Virus record (IMG/VR): IMGVR_UViG_3300025012_000233
Span: 1 to 30,901 of that record
From: a virus
Taxonomy: Duplodnaviria > Caudoviricetes
Reading direction: 5' to 3' (one strand)
DNA: 30,901 nt
The notes under the pieces were generated by a model that saw nothing but the letters and a program-made list of their open reading frames with translations, was not told where the DNA came from and did not search any database. Made by a program: the position numbers and the translations under genes. Shown here in pieces: positions 7,534-18,116 of the stretch (position 1 is its first letter; every line of letters begins with the position of its first letter).

Positions 7534-9398
7534 TGTATACAACACCCGAAGAGAAAGATGCCTTACTCCAGAAGTTAACAAAGTGGCTCGGGGACTGTGA
7601 AAAGTCCACCTCCGAAACCACCTACAACGATAATGCCAGGGAGGATTACCAGTTCTACGCGGGGAACCAAGACACTCCTGAAGTTAAAATGGAGTTGGAA
7701 CGTCAAAAACGCCCGACCACCACATACAACGAGGTAAAGCCGAAGATTGACATGCTGGTTGGGATGGGGAATCAGCTTGAGGGTTCTGTTACTCTCTTCC
7801 CCCGGACCAATGAAGATTCCGCTCTTGTAGAGCTTATGACTGGGACAGTGGAGTTCTTCCGTGAAAAGATGCGGCAGAGTTGGAAGGAAAACTCTTGTTT
7901 CGAACATGCTGTTAAAAGCGGGGCGAGTTGGTTACACTTCTGGGTGGATCAAGAAGATCCTGCTATTATAAAGTCCCAGCGTATTCCCGGCCGCGATATG
8001 CACTGCGATACGGATTCTATCGAGTTCGATAAGTCTGACGCAAGGTTTATCTTTCGGGATAAGTGGATGGACGCAGATGACATTGAAGCTGCGTGGCCGG
8101 AGTATAAGTTTGCGCGAGATGCAGCCGGGAATGTCATGCATACCTCCATCAATGCAGTACATTCCACAACTTCCTACACTCCCACATTCTTTAATCAAGC
8201 TCGGGAAAAGTATCGTATTGTAGAGGCTTGGTTTAGGAAGTATGAACAGAAATACTCCATTGTGAACCCATTCTCCGGACAACCGGAGGAGCTTTTCGAG
8301 GAAGAGTTTAAGGAATTCACCGCCTCTGTGAAGCGCGGGATTCAACTCCCGAACGGAGACCTGTTACAGAAAGACAAGGTTCCTTTTACAAAAAGACTTG
8401 TTAAAGTAATCTATTACGCTATCTTTACAGCTGACAAAATCCTCGAAGTCGGACGCAGCGTTTATAAACACAACATGTTTCCTTATGTATACCTGGAAGC
8501 ATACCATGATGAGGAGAATAACGCTCCGCAGTCAGTTGTGTACTCCATGAAAGATCCGCAGCGGGGATTGAATACAACCAGGAGACAGCTTGTATTCCTC
8601 CTGCAGCAGATCCATAAAGGTATAATGATTCATGAGGCGGGAGCGGTCCTGGATATAGAAGATTATGAACAGAATTCCTCCAAACCTGGATATCACATGG
8701 AGGTTTCGAAAGGTGGGCTGGAGAAGGTTAAGTTTGTAACCCAACCGCAAATTTCTCAAATATACCTCCAACTCGACCAGATGTTCCAGCAGTCTATGAA
8801 GGATTCTTCTGGGATTCAGGATGCCTTACTAGGGATTCAGACCTCCACAAGGGAACCTGGGATTACAGCTCGTATGCGGAATGACGCTTCCGTGGCAGTT
8901 CTGTACACCCTCTTCAGCAACTTGAAAGAGTTCAAATACAACTGCATGAAGATCCTTGTCTCCAACATCCAGCAGTTCGTCACTGAACCCATGGTTGTAC
9001 GAATCAAGGGACAAACAGGCTACGAACTCCTTCAAATAAACTCCCAAATGAACCCTCAAAGCGAGGGGTGGAATGACATCACCTCCGCACAGTTCGACAT
9101 CATCATTGACGAGGATATAGTAACAAAGGCCACCCGCCTTGCAGTAGCGGAGATCTTAACCCAGTTCGCACAGAATAACCCAGGCTCTATCCCGGTTGAC
9201 CTACTCCTTGAATACGCGAATCTTCCATACACCGCGCAGGTTAAGGTTCGGGAAAACCAGGCCATGATACAGCAAGCACAGCAGGAACAACAGAAACAGG
9301 AAAACCTCTTTAAAGCAAAAGAACTCGAACTCAAAGAGCGCGAGGTAGCTGCTAAGGAGACAGCAGCCAAAGCTAAACCTAAATCTGGAGGAGAATAA
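7533..9398 (+). CDS. portal protein, P22-like
   Basis: 621 aa after TerL; DYQFYAGNQ, RPTTTYNEVKP, MKDPQRGLN motifs; Gln-rich C-terminal coiled coil. Confidence 0.93.
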   Translation: MYTTPEEKDALLQKLTKWLGDCEKSTSETTYNDNAREDYQFYAGNQDTPEVKMELERQKRPTTTYNEVKPKIDMLVGMGNQLEGSVTLFPRTNEDSALVELMTGTVEFFREKMRQSWKENSCFEHAVKSGASWLHFWVDQEDPAIIKSQRIPGRDMHCDTDSIEFDKSDARFIFRDKWMDADDIEAAWPEYKFARDAAGNVMHTSINAVHSTTSYTPTFFNQAREKYRIVEAWFRKYEQKYSIVNPFSGQPEELFEEEFKEFTASVKRGIQLPNGDLLQKDKVPFTKRLVKVIYYAIFTADKILEVGRSVYKHNMFPYVYLEAYHDEENNAPQSVVYSMKDPQRGLNTTRRQLVFLLQQIHKGIMIHEAGAVLDIEDYEQNSSKPGYHMEVSKGGLEKVKFVTQPQISQIYLQLDQMFQQSMKDSSGIQDALLGIQTSTREPGITARMRNDASVAVLYTLFSNLKEFKYNCMKILVSNIQQFVTEPMVVRIKGQTGYELLQINSQMNPQSEGWNDITSAQFDIIIDEDIVTKATRLAVAEILTQFAQNNPGSIPVDLLLEYANLPYTAQVKVRENQAMIQQAQQEQQKQENLFKAKELELKEREVAAKETAAKAKPKSGGE

Positions 9399-9399
9399 C

Positions 9400-10206
9400 A
9401 TGGCAGGAATTGAGGACTTTTTTGAGGAGCAGGATACCACGGAAGAAGTGGTGGACATCAACAATCCTGAACCCGTACCACCCGAAACACCTCCGGCAGA
9501 TCCACCGCCGGAACCTATAGTAGAACCACCTGCGTCGGAAGTGGAGCCGCCAGTCACACCCGTAGCTCCACCTGCTTCCGAAAATCAGGCTGACACGGTT
9601 GCCTTTCTCCGTCAACAATTGCAGGAACAAGCCGAGGAATTGAAACAACTCCGTGGACAATCCAATGGGTTAACCAAAGCCTTAACCGAATCTGGAGCTA
9701 TTGACGAGGAGACCCTTGCGGGCTTAGAGACAGAAGAAAGCGGTTTCATTTCCCCAGAAAGGATTGAGCTACTTTCCGTACTGCAAGAGACGATGAAAGT
9801 AAACCCAATGTATAGTGACTTCGAGGAGGTCTGCTCGCAGGAAAATTTCAACCTGGTAGTGGATGCAATAGCTCGAGCCTCTGTACAGGAGAATGGAGGA
9901 AGACTTACTGATGCGATCCAGTCTGTGACGAAGGATATATGGAGTTTACCAAACCCATATAAGTTCGTATACGACACCTTGAAGGAGAATCATCCGAAGT
10001 ACGCTACCCCGGCTCCAGCACCTGCAACATCCCAACCTCAGAAGGACACACCCAAACCTCCCCCGAGCCTTTCCCAGGTTCCCGGCGGGGCTGGCTCCCA
10101 TCGTGACGGTTGGACAGCAGCAAAGATCGACGCATTACCTGAGGATGAACTTCACACAGTTCCAAAAGAAATCTATGACCGCTACATGCGGAATGAACTC
10201 CAATAG
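9400..10206 (+). CDS. capsid scaffolding protein
   Basis: Acidic and Pro-rich with a coiled coil; between portal and capsid genes. Confidence 0.8.
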   Translation: MAGIEDFFEEQDTTEEVVDINNPEPVPPETPPADPPPEPIVEPPASEVEPPVTPVAPPASENQADTVAFLRQQLQEQAEELKQLRGQSNGLTKALTESGAIDEETLAGLETEESGFISPERIELLSVLQETMKVNPMYSDFEEVCSQENFNLVVDAIARASVQENGGRLTDAIQSVTKDIWSLPNPYKFVYDTLKENHPKYATPAPAPATSQPQKDTPKPPPSLSQVPGGAGSHRDGWTAAKIDALPEDELHTVPKEIYDRYMRNELQ

Positions 10207-10219
10207 GGAGGAAGGTTAA

Positions 10220-11284
10220 ATGGCTAAACCTGTATTTTTAACAAATGACCCGTTGACTCGGAAGAAATGGGCGAAGGATCTTTTCCCGCTCGTTCTGAAG
10301 AATATTGAAGGGAATGAGCTGATCGGTTCCAGCGCAGACTCCATCATTCAGATGCGTACTGAGCTCGCGAAGGGGGAAGGGGATCAAATCACTTTCGGTA
10401 TCCGTCTCCCGCTGACCCAGGAAGGTATTGTCGGTGACGATACTGTTGAAGGGAATGAGGAGAAGCTCCGTTTCCGTAACTTCAAAATGACCATTGAAGA
10501 ACTCAACCTCGCCGTTGATACTGGCGGAAAGATGGATGAGCAGCGGATTCCCTACGACCTGATGCAGGAAGGGAAAGATGGCTTGCAGTATCGTTGGAGT
10601 GATATCTTATCCGACCAGATCTTCGCGCACCTGTGCGGGGATTCCACCTACAAGATCGCCGGAAAGGTATTCGCGCAGGCTCCACTCGAGCCCGACACGA
10701 ACCACATCATCGTCTGCAATGATGGCACTGCAACTGCCCTCGATTCTTCTCACGAGGCAGGTCTTGGTTTCCTCGATCGCATGAAGCAGCAGGCGGAAGT
10801 CCCGGTCTCCGAATCCACCGGATACAGAATCCGTCCAATCATGGTCAACGGCAAGAAGATGTACCGTGTTATTCTCCACAACTTCGTTTTCGACCGTCTC
10901 CGCGCAGATGTAAACGCCGGCGCCTGGGGTGATATGCTCCGTTCCGCCCAGAAACTCGGAGTCCCCAACGTCGAGTTTGAATACAACGGAATGCTGGTAT
11001 CCAAGTCCGAGCGTATCCGGTCCACCACCACTGGTGAATACCGTAACGTTCTTCTCGGCGCGCAAGCAGCATGTATCGCCTGGGGTGGGGCAGGTGAATC
11101 CAAATCCACTACTATGGCATTCGTCCCTTACACCCGTGACGCCGAACGCTACGTCATGATCCGTGGCGGAGGTATCCTCGGTGTCAAGGCCACCCGTTTT
11201 GTAACTGGTTCCAACGCCGACAGCACTGGCGAAGACTATGGTAAGATTGTCGGTCTGTCCTACGCCACTCGCCTCGGTTCTTAA
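10220..11284 (+). CDS. major capsid protein, N4-gp56/DUF4043-like
   Basis: ELAKGEGDQITFGI, GDDTVEGNEEKL and LLGAQAACIAWG motifs; strong RBS and codon bias. Confidence 0.92.
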   Translation: MAKPVFLTNDPLTRKKWAKDLFPLVLKNIEGNELIGSSADSIIQMRTELAKGEGDQITFGIRLPLTQEGIVGDDTVEGNEEKLRFRNFKMTIEELNLAVDTGGKMDEQRIPYDLMQEGKDGLQYRWSDILSDQIFAHLCGDSTYKIAGKVFAQAPLEPDTNHIIVCNDGTATALDSSHEAGLGFLDRMKQQAEVPVSESTGYRIRPIMVNGKKMYRVILHNFVFDRLRADVNAGAWGDMLRSAQKLGVPNVEFEYNGMLVSKSERIRSTTTGEYRNVLLGAQAACIAWGGAGESKSTTMAFVPYTRDAERYVMIRGGGILGVKATRFVTGSNADSTGEDYGKIVGLSYATRLGS

Positions 11285-11295
11285 GGAGGTTTAAA

Positions 11296-11697
11296 ATGGC
11301 AGATCTAAAAGCCAGAAAGCAGTCTGATGTACTATGGGTCAGGGCTTCCATCAAGGTAGCCCCGGCCGATGGTACACATGTCGTCTGCCCGATCCCCGCC
11401 AATACACTGGTGGAAGAAGTGAAGGTCTACAAATCCGTAGCCTTTACTGCGGCAGGCTCAACCCTTAAAGTTGGTTTCACAGGGAATAAGGAGGTAGCCG
11501 TAACTGACTATTTCATGACCTCTGAAACCGCGCTTCCAGGCGAAGTAGGTATGGTCTCCTCGTTCCAAGGGAAAGTCCCTGGGTCCGGCGGGAAGTACTT
11601 CACTCATCCTGGCAACATCACTATAACAACCAATGACAATGGCGGAACTGCAGGTACTCTCCAAGTATTTGTTAAATACGCCCAGGTCAAAAACTAA
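11296..11697 (+). CDS. virion structural protein, probable capsid decoration/cement
   Basis: Beta-rich 133 aa directly after MCP; AAGGAGG RBS. Confidence 0.65.
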   Translation: MADLKARKQSDVLWVRASIKVAPADGTHVVCPIPANTLVEEVKVYKSVAFTAAGSTLKVGFTGNKEVAVTDYFMTSETALPGEVGMVSSFQGKVPGSGGKYFTHPGNITITTNDNGGTAGTLQVFVKYAQVKN

Positions 11698-11710
11698 AGC
11701 GAGGTAGAAA

Positions 11711-12169
11711 ATGGCCTTTAAAGATCGACGAAGAAATGATGTACGGGATAACATCCAGGGACGGACTGTATGGATTACCTCTGCGGAGATTAACATTGCA
11801 GATGTAGGCGCCGGGACCACGGTTCTCTTCAGTTTCCCGAAAGCGAATGAGACCTATATTATCGACAAATGTGCGCTGGATGTACTGACGGACTTGGATG
11901 CGGGCACAGTAACTATCGGACACGGTTCCCTCCCGCTTGACACCACTGCCGAATCTGGAACCCTGACCACCACCAGTGCCACGTCTCTGTGGGATACTGA
12001 TAATGGTGATGAGACCACTGGAACCATCTTCAACATTGACGACCAAGCTCCCATCGTCCTTGTTGGTGCGGCCTCCACTGTCCCGGTTATCATCGCTACT
12101 ATCGCAACCGCAGCTACCGGTCGTTTCCGAGTACATCTGCGAATCACTGCCCTCCCGTCTTACAGTTGA
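11711..12169 (+). CDS. virion structural protein, second decoration-like protein
   Basis: Beta/Thr-rich 152 aa with a pattern similar to the upstream gene. Confidence 0.6.
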   Translation: MAFKDRRRNDVRDNIQGRTVWITSAEINIADVGAGTTVLFSFPKANETYIIDKCALDVLTDLDAGTVTIGHGSLPLDTTAESGTLTTTSATSLWDTDNGDETTGTIFNIDDQAPIVLVGAASTVPVIIATIATAATGRFRVHLRITALPSYS

Positions 12170-12172
12170 TTT

Positions 12173-12187
12173 CGTGAAAATTTCACG
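12173..12187. promoter_or_regulatory. palindromic site CGTGAAAATTTCACG (copy 3 of 4; extends to 19 bp)
   Basis: Directly after the head genes, before the adaptor gene. Confidence 0.7.
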
Positions 12188-12220
12188 AATCTAACTTAAC
12201 CATCTTAACAAGGTCAGGAA

Positions 12221-12859
12221 ATGAACTATCAAGAACTCCAGGATGAAGTCAGCATAGCCGTTACCTCAAGTACCACGGAACTTGATGAACTTATTCCTGG
12301 CCTTGTTAATGATGCAGTTGCGGCAATAGCGAATGAGCCGGGGGTTATTCTCCCGGCATTGAAGAGTATCACATCGGTCACCTTGGAGGCTAACGAAACC
12401 TCCATCTCCTTAACATCCGTAGACTCCACAAAACTTCTTTTCGCAGCAGTAAATGGTTCTTTAATATACCCTGAAAACAGTCTCGAAGCCTTTTTAGAAA
12501 AATACCCCGACCTGACAATTACCGGGGATGTGGAAGCTATAGTGTATGAGAACTCTACTCTATGGTATGCGCGGAAGTTAATTGAAGAACTCCCCGCGAC
12601 CTTGCTTCTGTATAAAAACCCTGATCTCTTAGAAGAGACAACTGACATCCCATCCTGCATTCCCCCGCATCTACACAGGGAAACCATCATCCCATACTGT
12701 GCAGCGTACCTTTGGGATAAGATAGAACATGAGATGGAACTTCAGCAAAAAACACAAACAAAAGCTTACGAATACCAGTACACCAAAGGTCTCCAGAAAC
12801 TTAAAGAATACCTTGCTTCCCGCCGCCGTGGGATGGTTCGCAGTGTGTGGAGTGTGTGA
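12221..12859 (+). CDS. head-tail adaptor-like protein
   Basis: MNYQELQDEV...LVNDA N-terminus, DIPSCIPPHLH motif, position after head genes. Confidence 0.7.
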   Translation: MNYQELQDEVSIAVTSSTTELDELIPGLVNDAVAAIANEPGVILPALKSITSVTLEANETSISLTSVDSTKLLFAAVNGSLIYPENSLEAFLEKYPDLTITGDVEAIVYENSTLWYARKLIEELPATLLLYKNPDLLEETTDIPSCIPPHLHRETIIPYCAAYLWDKIEHEMELQQKTQTKAYEYQYTKGLQKLKEYLASRRRGMVRSVWSV

Positions 12860-14079
12860 TGGAGGATATCAAACTCGGTCCCTTCCTTGGGATGAATAAC
12901 ATAACTCCCGACCACGCAGTACCGAAGGGATTCGTCAGGAATATAGTCAATGCTGATGTTAAGGGCGGGAAGGTTTCACGGCGAGGCGGGGAAACGAAAG
13001 TATATTCTGCATTGAAACCGAAGGGAGGATTCTCCTGCCCTGCTGGAAGTTACTTTATAGAAAAAGGATACATAAAGAAATTCCTTGGAACAACAGCCTC
13101 GACAATATATACTGGAATAAACGGAACTGAATACGCTTGGAATTACCTGAATGGTGTAGTATATTTCAGCGATGGAATTGTAAGCCTGAAAATTGAAAAC
13201 GACATAGCTCGAAACTGGGGTATGCAGGTTCCAAGTTCTCCTGTAATCTATGGTGTAAGTGGAACCTACGGCGGAGGACAGTATCTCGCTGCAATCTGCT
13301 ATGTTGATGCGGATGGAGTTGAATCCGGTGCGTCTGAGATTGTTGTTGTAGATTTACCGGATAATACTGGGATTGTCTTTGCGAACCTTCCTACTCCAAT
13401 TGATCCGCAGGTTTCATACGTTCGCCTATATCTCTCCACCCCGAATGGGAGTGAGCTATACCACATCGCAGATCTAACCCCCGGAACTCTTGATTATACT
13501 ATAACCTCCGGACGGTATGATGGAGGTAACATACTCGAACATACTTTCGTATCCCCGGCGCCAGCTGGGCGTATTATCCGATTCCACAACGGTAGAGCTT
13601 TTGTAGCAGATTCTTACGGAAGAGTCTTTTACTCCGATCCTTTAGAGTTAGACCATTTCAGACGCGGAGCAAACTTCCTACAGTTCTCTGCCATCGTGGA
13701 TATAATGGAGCCTGTGAAAGGTGGGATATTCTTTGCATACTCCAACACAACTGAGTTCCATGCTGGAGATGTGGAGGAAGGTTTTAACATTAGTTCCAAA
13801 TTCTCCTACGGTGGTATCTTCGGAACTGGGAGTAACGTCCCCAACTCTGACAACGTATGCTGGCAATCCCAACGTGGGATGTGCATAGGTTCCCCAGGTG
13901 GCGAGGTTAAAAACATAGTAGAAGAAAACGTCGCACCAGATTCGGGAACTTCCGGTGCATCACTTATCAAAGAACAAAACGGTCTACGGCAGTTCATCGT
14001 CTGTATAAAACAGCCTACAGCGTCTCCGCTGGCGGCAAAAAGTTGGATAGATGCCGAAGTAGCACGGCGAGGAGCTTGA
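12859..14079 (+). CDS. tail structural protein, nozzle/stabilisation-like
   Basis: FLGMNN...VRNIVNADV N-terminus and HNGRAFVA..VFYSDP propeller-like segments; TGATG overlap. Confidence 0.7.
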   Translation: MEDIKLGPFLGMNNITPDHAVPKGFVRNIVNADVKGGKVSRRGGETKVYSALKPKGGFSCPAGSYFIEKGYIKKFLGTTASTIYTGINGTEYAWNYLNGVVYFSDGIVSLKIENDIARNWGMQVPSSPVIYGVSGTYGGGQYLAAICYVDADGVESGASEIVVVDLPDNTGIVFANLPTPIDPQVSYVRLYLSTPNGSELYHIADLTPGTLDYTITSGRYDGGNILEHTFVSPAPAGRIIRFHNGRAFVADSYGRVFYSDPLELDHFRRGANFLQFSAIVDIMEPVKGGIFFAYSNTTEFHAGDVEEGFNISSKFSYGGIFGTGSNVPNSDNVCWQSQRGMCIGSPGGEVKNIVEENVAPDSGTSGASLIKEQNGLRQFIVCIKQPTASPLAAKSWIDAEVARRGA

Positions 14080-14081
14080 GA

Positions 14082-14579
14082 ATGAAATTTAAGAAAACAG
14101 GGTTCATCTACACCATTGAGCATGTTGGGGTTGATGGCAGGACTAAGAGCATTGAGTACGTGGAAAATATCATCCACACTCTGGGCAGAAACTACATAAT
14201 TGGCGCAGCATTCAAAGGAGCTTCGCAATTCACGAACTGGTATCTCGGTGCCTACGGTGCAGCGAGGATTCCTCTTGCCGCTGATACAATGATCACACTC
14301 ATGGCTGACTGCGAGGAACTTACCAGTTACACAGGAGATACCAGACTGGCTCTTACTCTTTCTGCTGTAGCAGATGGGGAGATGGATACCGTCGCAGCTC
14401 CGAATATTTTTGAGTTTCCTGCCGGTGCTACAGTCAGAGGAATTTTCCTCACCACCAACCCAACCAAGGGGAATAATACCGGCCTACTCGTTTCTTCGAT
14501 CATTCTTCCTTCCCCGAAGGTAATTGATGCTGGAGAGAGTTTGAAGGTTCCGGCTGATTTTACCCTCAATACGTTATAA
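14082..14579 (+). CDS. tail-associated structural protein
   Basis: ENIIHTLGRNYI..WYLG and TVRGIFL patterns; AGGAG RBS at the 14082 start. Confidence 0.65.
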   Translation: MKFKKTGFIYTIEHVGVDGRTKSIEYVENIIHTLGRNYIIGAAFKGASQFTNWYLGAYGAARIPLAADTMITLMADCEELTSYTGDTRLALTLSAVADGEMDTVAAPNIFEFPAGATVRGIFLTTNPTKGNNTGLLVSSIILPSPKVIDAGESLKVPADFTLNTL

Positions 14580-14591
14580 GGAGTCAACGGA

Positions 14592-14978
14592 ATGGGCGCT
14601 TTTACAGTAGCAGAAGCAAATGCCGTACTTGATGCTAGGTTCGTTACTGGCACCACATATTACCTTGCGCTGCACACCGGAGATCCAGGTGAAGATGGGG
14701 ATGAGAATGAGGTTCTTGTCGCAGCGGATGCGGATTACGTTCGACAGGGATTCACCTTTGCCGGTCCTGCAGCCCTGAAACAAAAGCTGAACGATTCAGC
14801 AGTATCTTGGACTGTTGACGCTGCTTCTGCAGGATACACAGTTACGCATGCTAGTATCTGGACTGCTGCTACGGCAGGGTCGTGTAAGTTCAAAGCAGCT
14901 TTGGCGGTCCCGAGAGCCTTGGTCGCAAACGGAGTTTTAACCTTTGAAATTGGCGAAGTTGTTGCCGCTTTGGATTAA
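14592..14978 (+). CDS. tail fibre/baseplate-type small protein
   Basis: YYLALHTGDPG..NEV..YVRQ..VTHASIW motif common in phage tail proteins. Confidence 0.75.
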   Translation: MGAFTVAEANAVLDARFVTGTTYYLALHTGDPGEDGDENEVLVAADADYVRQGFTFAGPAALKQKLNDSAVSWTVDAASAGYTVTHASIWTAATAGSCKFKAALAVPRALVANGVLTFEIGEVVAALD

Positions 14979-14989
14979 GGAGTTGTGAA

Positions 14990-15448
14990 ATGAAGATAGC
15001 ATATTCTGTTCGTGATCTAATGGTGCTGGCCGCTGCAGAAGCAATCAACGGCAATGTGATTCGCTGCTATGGTTCTCCTACAAGCGAGGCGGCGGCTGAT
15101 GCACTTATCCCGGCTACCCCTGAAGCATCGATTGGTGCTGCTACTCTTTTGTGCATCATTTCAGCAGGCGGCGATGGTACTGGTGTGAATATGGCGACTG
15201 TTCCAGTGAACGGAGTTCTAGCGAAAGACCCCGCAGAATCATGGTGGGGAACGATGCTGGCGTCCGGGTATTTTTCTTTTTACCGGATATCAGCTACCGC
15301 AGATACTGGAGGAGCAAGTGATACCGAGCCAAGATTGCAAGGTACAATCGGAGTGATTGGCGCGGATTTCATCGTCAGTAACAGGTTCAAGTCAATTGGC
15401 GAAAAACAGGAAATGAACGCGTTCTACATCGGGGAGCCTGCTGAATAA
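14990..15448 (+). CDS. tail-associated structural protein
   Basis: IRCYG..PATP..TLL..GYFSFYR..RLQGTIG pattern; AAGGAG RBS. Confidence 0.65.
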   Translation: MKIAYSVRDLMVLAAAEAINGNVIRCYGSPTSEAAADALIPATPEASIGAATLLCIISAGGDGTGVNMATVPVNGVLAKDPAESWWGTMLASGYFSFYRISATADTGGASDTEPRLQGTIGVIGADFIVSNRFKSIGEKQEMNAFYIGEPAE

Positions 15449-16308
15449 TGGCATTCGTTTATTCGAGTACGAAGGAACTAGACAATAATACGTCTTCGCC
15501 CCTTGGATTGAACATCCTTGCTGATGGATCAAAGTTGTTCTATTGCGGGAAAAATTCATCCGGAAATCCTTCTGTCATTGAATGCGCCTTGTCAACGCCG
15601 TGGAACATTGCGTCCTTGACGATTACTGCAGCACTTGAGGTTTGGGCGAATGCCAATCCGCCTCAGGATATTATATTTTTCCCTGATGGATCTGGTTTTC
15701 TTGTGGCTGGGTATAATTCTGCTGATAAGTATGGATTGTCACTGTACGAAGCGACTACGCTTTTTTCAGTTGCCGGTGCGTCTTTTGTAGACAAGACCAC
15801 GCTTTCGAATACGCAGGAAATACGTTCAGTCGTGTTCAATGCGGATTTCAGTAAGATGTATTGCTGTAAATACAGCTCTATTGGTTATCCCGAAGCCATC
15901 GCGCAGTATAATCTTTCAGTACCTGGAATAATATCAACTGCCGTACAGGTTTCGGCCATAAATTATGATGTCTTCGACTATAACAGGGTGCTGTCCGGCA
16001 GGATTTCTGACGATGGAACTGCTTTTTATGTTTTGCTTGAGGGAACCGTAGGTATTAAAAAACTGACTCTTTCCACCCCGTGGGATCTGTCGAGTTATAC
16101 AGACGATGGATACGTATGGGATGATTTGGAAGGAGAAAATAGTCTGACCGAAAGCGCGATATTTTTAGATAGCGGAGCGGATAATTTATTTATTCTTGGC
16201 AACGATAACATTCTTGGCACAGCAGTAGCTCATTATATCGCCGGGGAAGAACCACCACCTGTAACAGAGTTTTGGCAGAACTTCCACGGACAGACGGAAA
16301 TATTATGA
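15448..16308 (+). CDS. beta-propeller protein with LSTPWD-type repeats, putative receptor-binding protein
   Basis: Repeats LSTPWNIAS / LSVPGIIST / LSTPWDLSS alternating with DGSKLF / DGSGFL / DFSKMY / DGTAFY. Confidence 0.7.
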   Translation: MAFVYSSTKELDNNTSSPLGLNILADGSKLFYCGKNSSGNPSVIECALSTPWNIASLTITAALEVWANANPPQDIIFFPDGSGFLVAGYNSADKYGLSLYEATTLFSVAGASFVDKTTLSNTQEIRSVVFNADFSKMYCCKYSSIGYPEAIAQYNLSVPGIISTAVQVSAINYDVFDYNRVLSGRISDDGTAFYVLLEGTVGIKKLTLSTPWDLSSYTDDGYVWDDLEGENSLTESAIFLDSGADNLFILGNDNILGTAVAHYIAGEEPPPVTEFWQNFHGQTEIL

Positions 16309-18116
16309 TAGTCTGCGACGGCGATAGAAGTCTCAAGCGCAAGTGGTTTGCGAGGAAAAAACTCGCCTCCATAATTGAGATGGATATTCCCGCTGCCGCT
16401 GTCAAATTCGATGGGTTCGTGATACGAGTCAGGCAGATTGACGGAGAGGGCGGGGGGAGAATAACCGCTCCTGTCGGTGCGATTGTTACCTGTTCCAACA
16501 GTGCAGGAATAAAGATTATGGTAGCCGATCACTGGCTTGGTGCTTTTGATCACGCGGCATATCTTCACACCGTCTATTATTTTGGTGGAGCCGGGGTGAA
16601 GGTTCAGAAACTCTTTAACGCCTCCAGCGAAGAAGAGATGGTCGAAGACGGTAATGAGATCATAAAATTCAAACCTGCCGTTTATCAATCCCCATATGGC
16701 ACTGTCGATGGAGAGATAACCGGGGAAACCGTATATGTCTCGGATTGGCCATGCCAGCCGGCAGTGTTGCCGTTCAAGAGCGCCGAGGCCATGTGGGTTG
16801 TGATGTCCGATCAGGTGTTCATCGACTTCAACGGCAATGGGATCGCCGACCGTCCGAAATACATCTCTGAATTTGTGCTGTCGTATTATGCAGGAGATTG
16901 CAGCAATCTCGGTGGGAGAATCGGAATAGACCTGCAGATCGAGAACCTTTATAATGCCCCTTGGCGATTCATTCAGCAGTTATCCAAAACCAGATTCACA
17001 TCGTTTTTCAACGGATCACCTGATACTTACGGGGGAAAGGTAGTGGTTGCCAGGGACTACTCGCTACCAGACGGCAGTCTAGCGCCGGTTGATGGCAGTA
17101 TCACTGGACTCACCGCCGGATACACACTGCTGGAAGAGATCATTCCGGCTGGAGTTTTGCCAAGCGGATTGCGTCCTCTGCTTCTTTCTTTCCCTGTAAT
17201 GTCCGGGCCGATGGGGATATTTGCTTTCGAGGAATCAGAGGTCAGAACAACCCTCTATGTAGTCGATGCTTCCGATACAGGAATGTATTGGGGCGGGACG
17301 CAATACCCTGAGTTGAGGGATTGGTTCTCGGCAAATCCGGACCATGAACACTGGAAGCTGTTTTTTGTATTCATGGTGGGGAATACTTCGCACCTGGTTC
17401 ACTCGGGGCAGTTTATTGGGCTGCTGGCTGATCTTGCAACGATAGATATCCTTGGGCCGCCCGTATCATACAGCAATGCAAGAAGAATGCTGGAACAATT
17501 GAGTTTTGTTCCTCCTGCCAATCATAATTTCAAGGTGCCTTACGACACGTTCATGTTCAGGTGCCACGATGGAAACATCTATACCTGGACTCGAAAGTAT
17601 GGTGCAGTGAAGTTCACCTCGACAGGACTGTTTGCAGCGGATCTTGTTGTTCCGGAAACTGCCGATGGAGTGCGGCCGGAGATAATCTACGCCGGGATGT
17701 TTGCCGACGAGCCCTTGTATTTGTGCGTCTGCAATGACATCGGTAATTCGATAACTACTGTCTACCACGGTTCACCTTTTCTCTCATGGGCTGCTTTGCC
17801 GCATACCAAAGACGGTGATACTCTCGTTTATTGCAGGCCTGTAAAGGTTTCTCCTTTGGAGATAATGTTGATCGGCGTAATAAAATCAGAGGATAAGTTT
17901 TATTTCGGAATGCTTAGATGGATTCCCGGATCAACCGGGCAATGGGTCAGGATGGGTCGACTTCCAGTAAACGGTGAAGAAAAAAACTCCTGGAATACTT
18001 GTCTTTATGGAAATGGTATTGAGGTGGATAATCTGGAATCGTTTCTGTCCCAGCCTCCTGTTTCTCCGCAGACTCCAGTCGGCCCTTACAACCTTTATGA
18101 AATAGGTATGCCATGA
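16305..18116 (+). CDS. large tail-region protein of unknown function
   Basis: ~603-aa ORF with ATGA overlaps at both ends. Confidence 0.75.
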   Translation: MIVCDGDRSLKRKWFARKKLASIIEMDIPAAAVKFDGFVIRVRQIDGEGGGRITAPVGAIVTCSNSAGIKIMVADHWLGAFDHAAYLHTVYYFGGAGVKVQKLFNASSEEEMVEDGNEIIKFKPAVYQSPYGTVDGEITGETVYVSDWPCQPAVLPFKSAEAMWVVMSDQVFIDFNGNGIADRPKYISEFVLSYYAGDCSNLGGRIGIDLQIENLYNAPWRFIQQLSKTRFTSFFNGSPDTYGGKVVVARDYSLPDGSLAPVDGSITGLTAGYTLLEEIIPAGVLPSGLRPLLLSFPVMSGPMGIFAFEESEVRTTLYVVDASDTGMYWGGTQYPELRDWFSANPDHEHWKLFFVFMVGNTSHLVHSGQFIGLLADLATIDILGPPVSYSNARRMLEQLSFVPPANHNFKVPYDTFMFRCHDGNIYTWTRKYGAVKFTSTGLFAADLVVPETADGVRPEIIYAGMFADEPLYLCVCNDIGNSITTVYHGSPFLSWAALPHTKDGDTLVYCRPVKVSPLEIMLIGVIKSEDKFYFGMLRWIPGSTGQWVRMGRLPVNGEEKNSWNTCLYGNGIEVDNLESFLSQPPVSPQTPVGPYNLYEIGMP

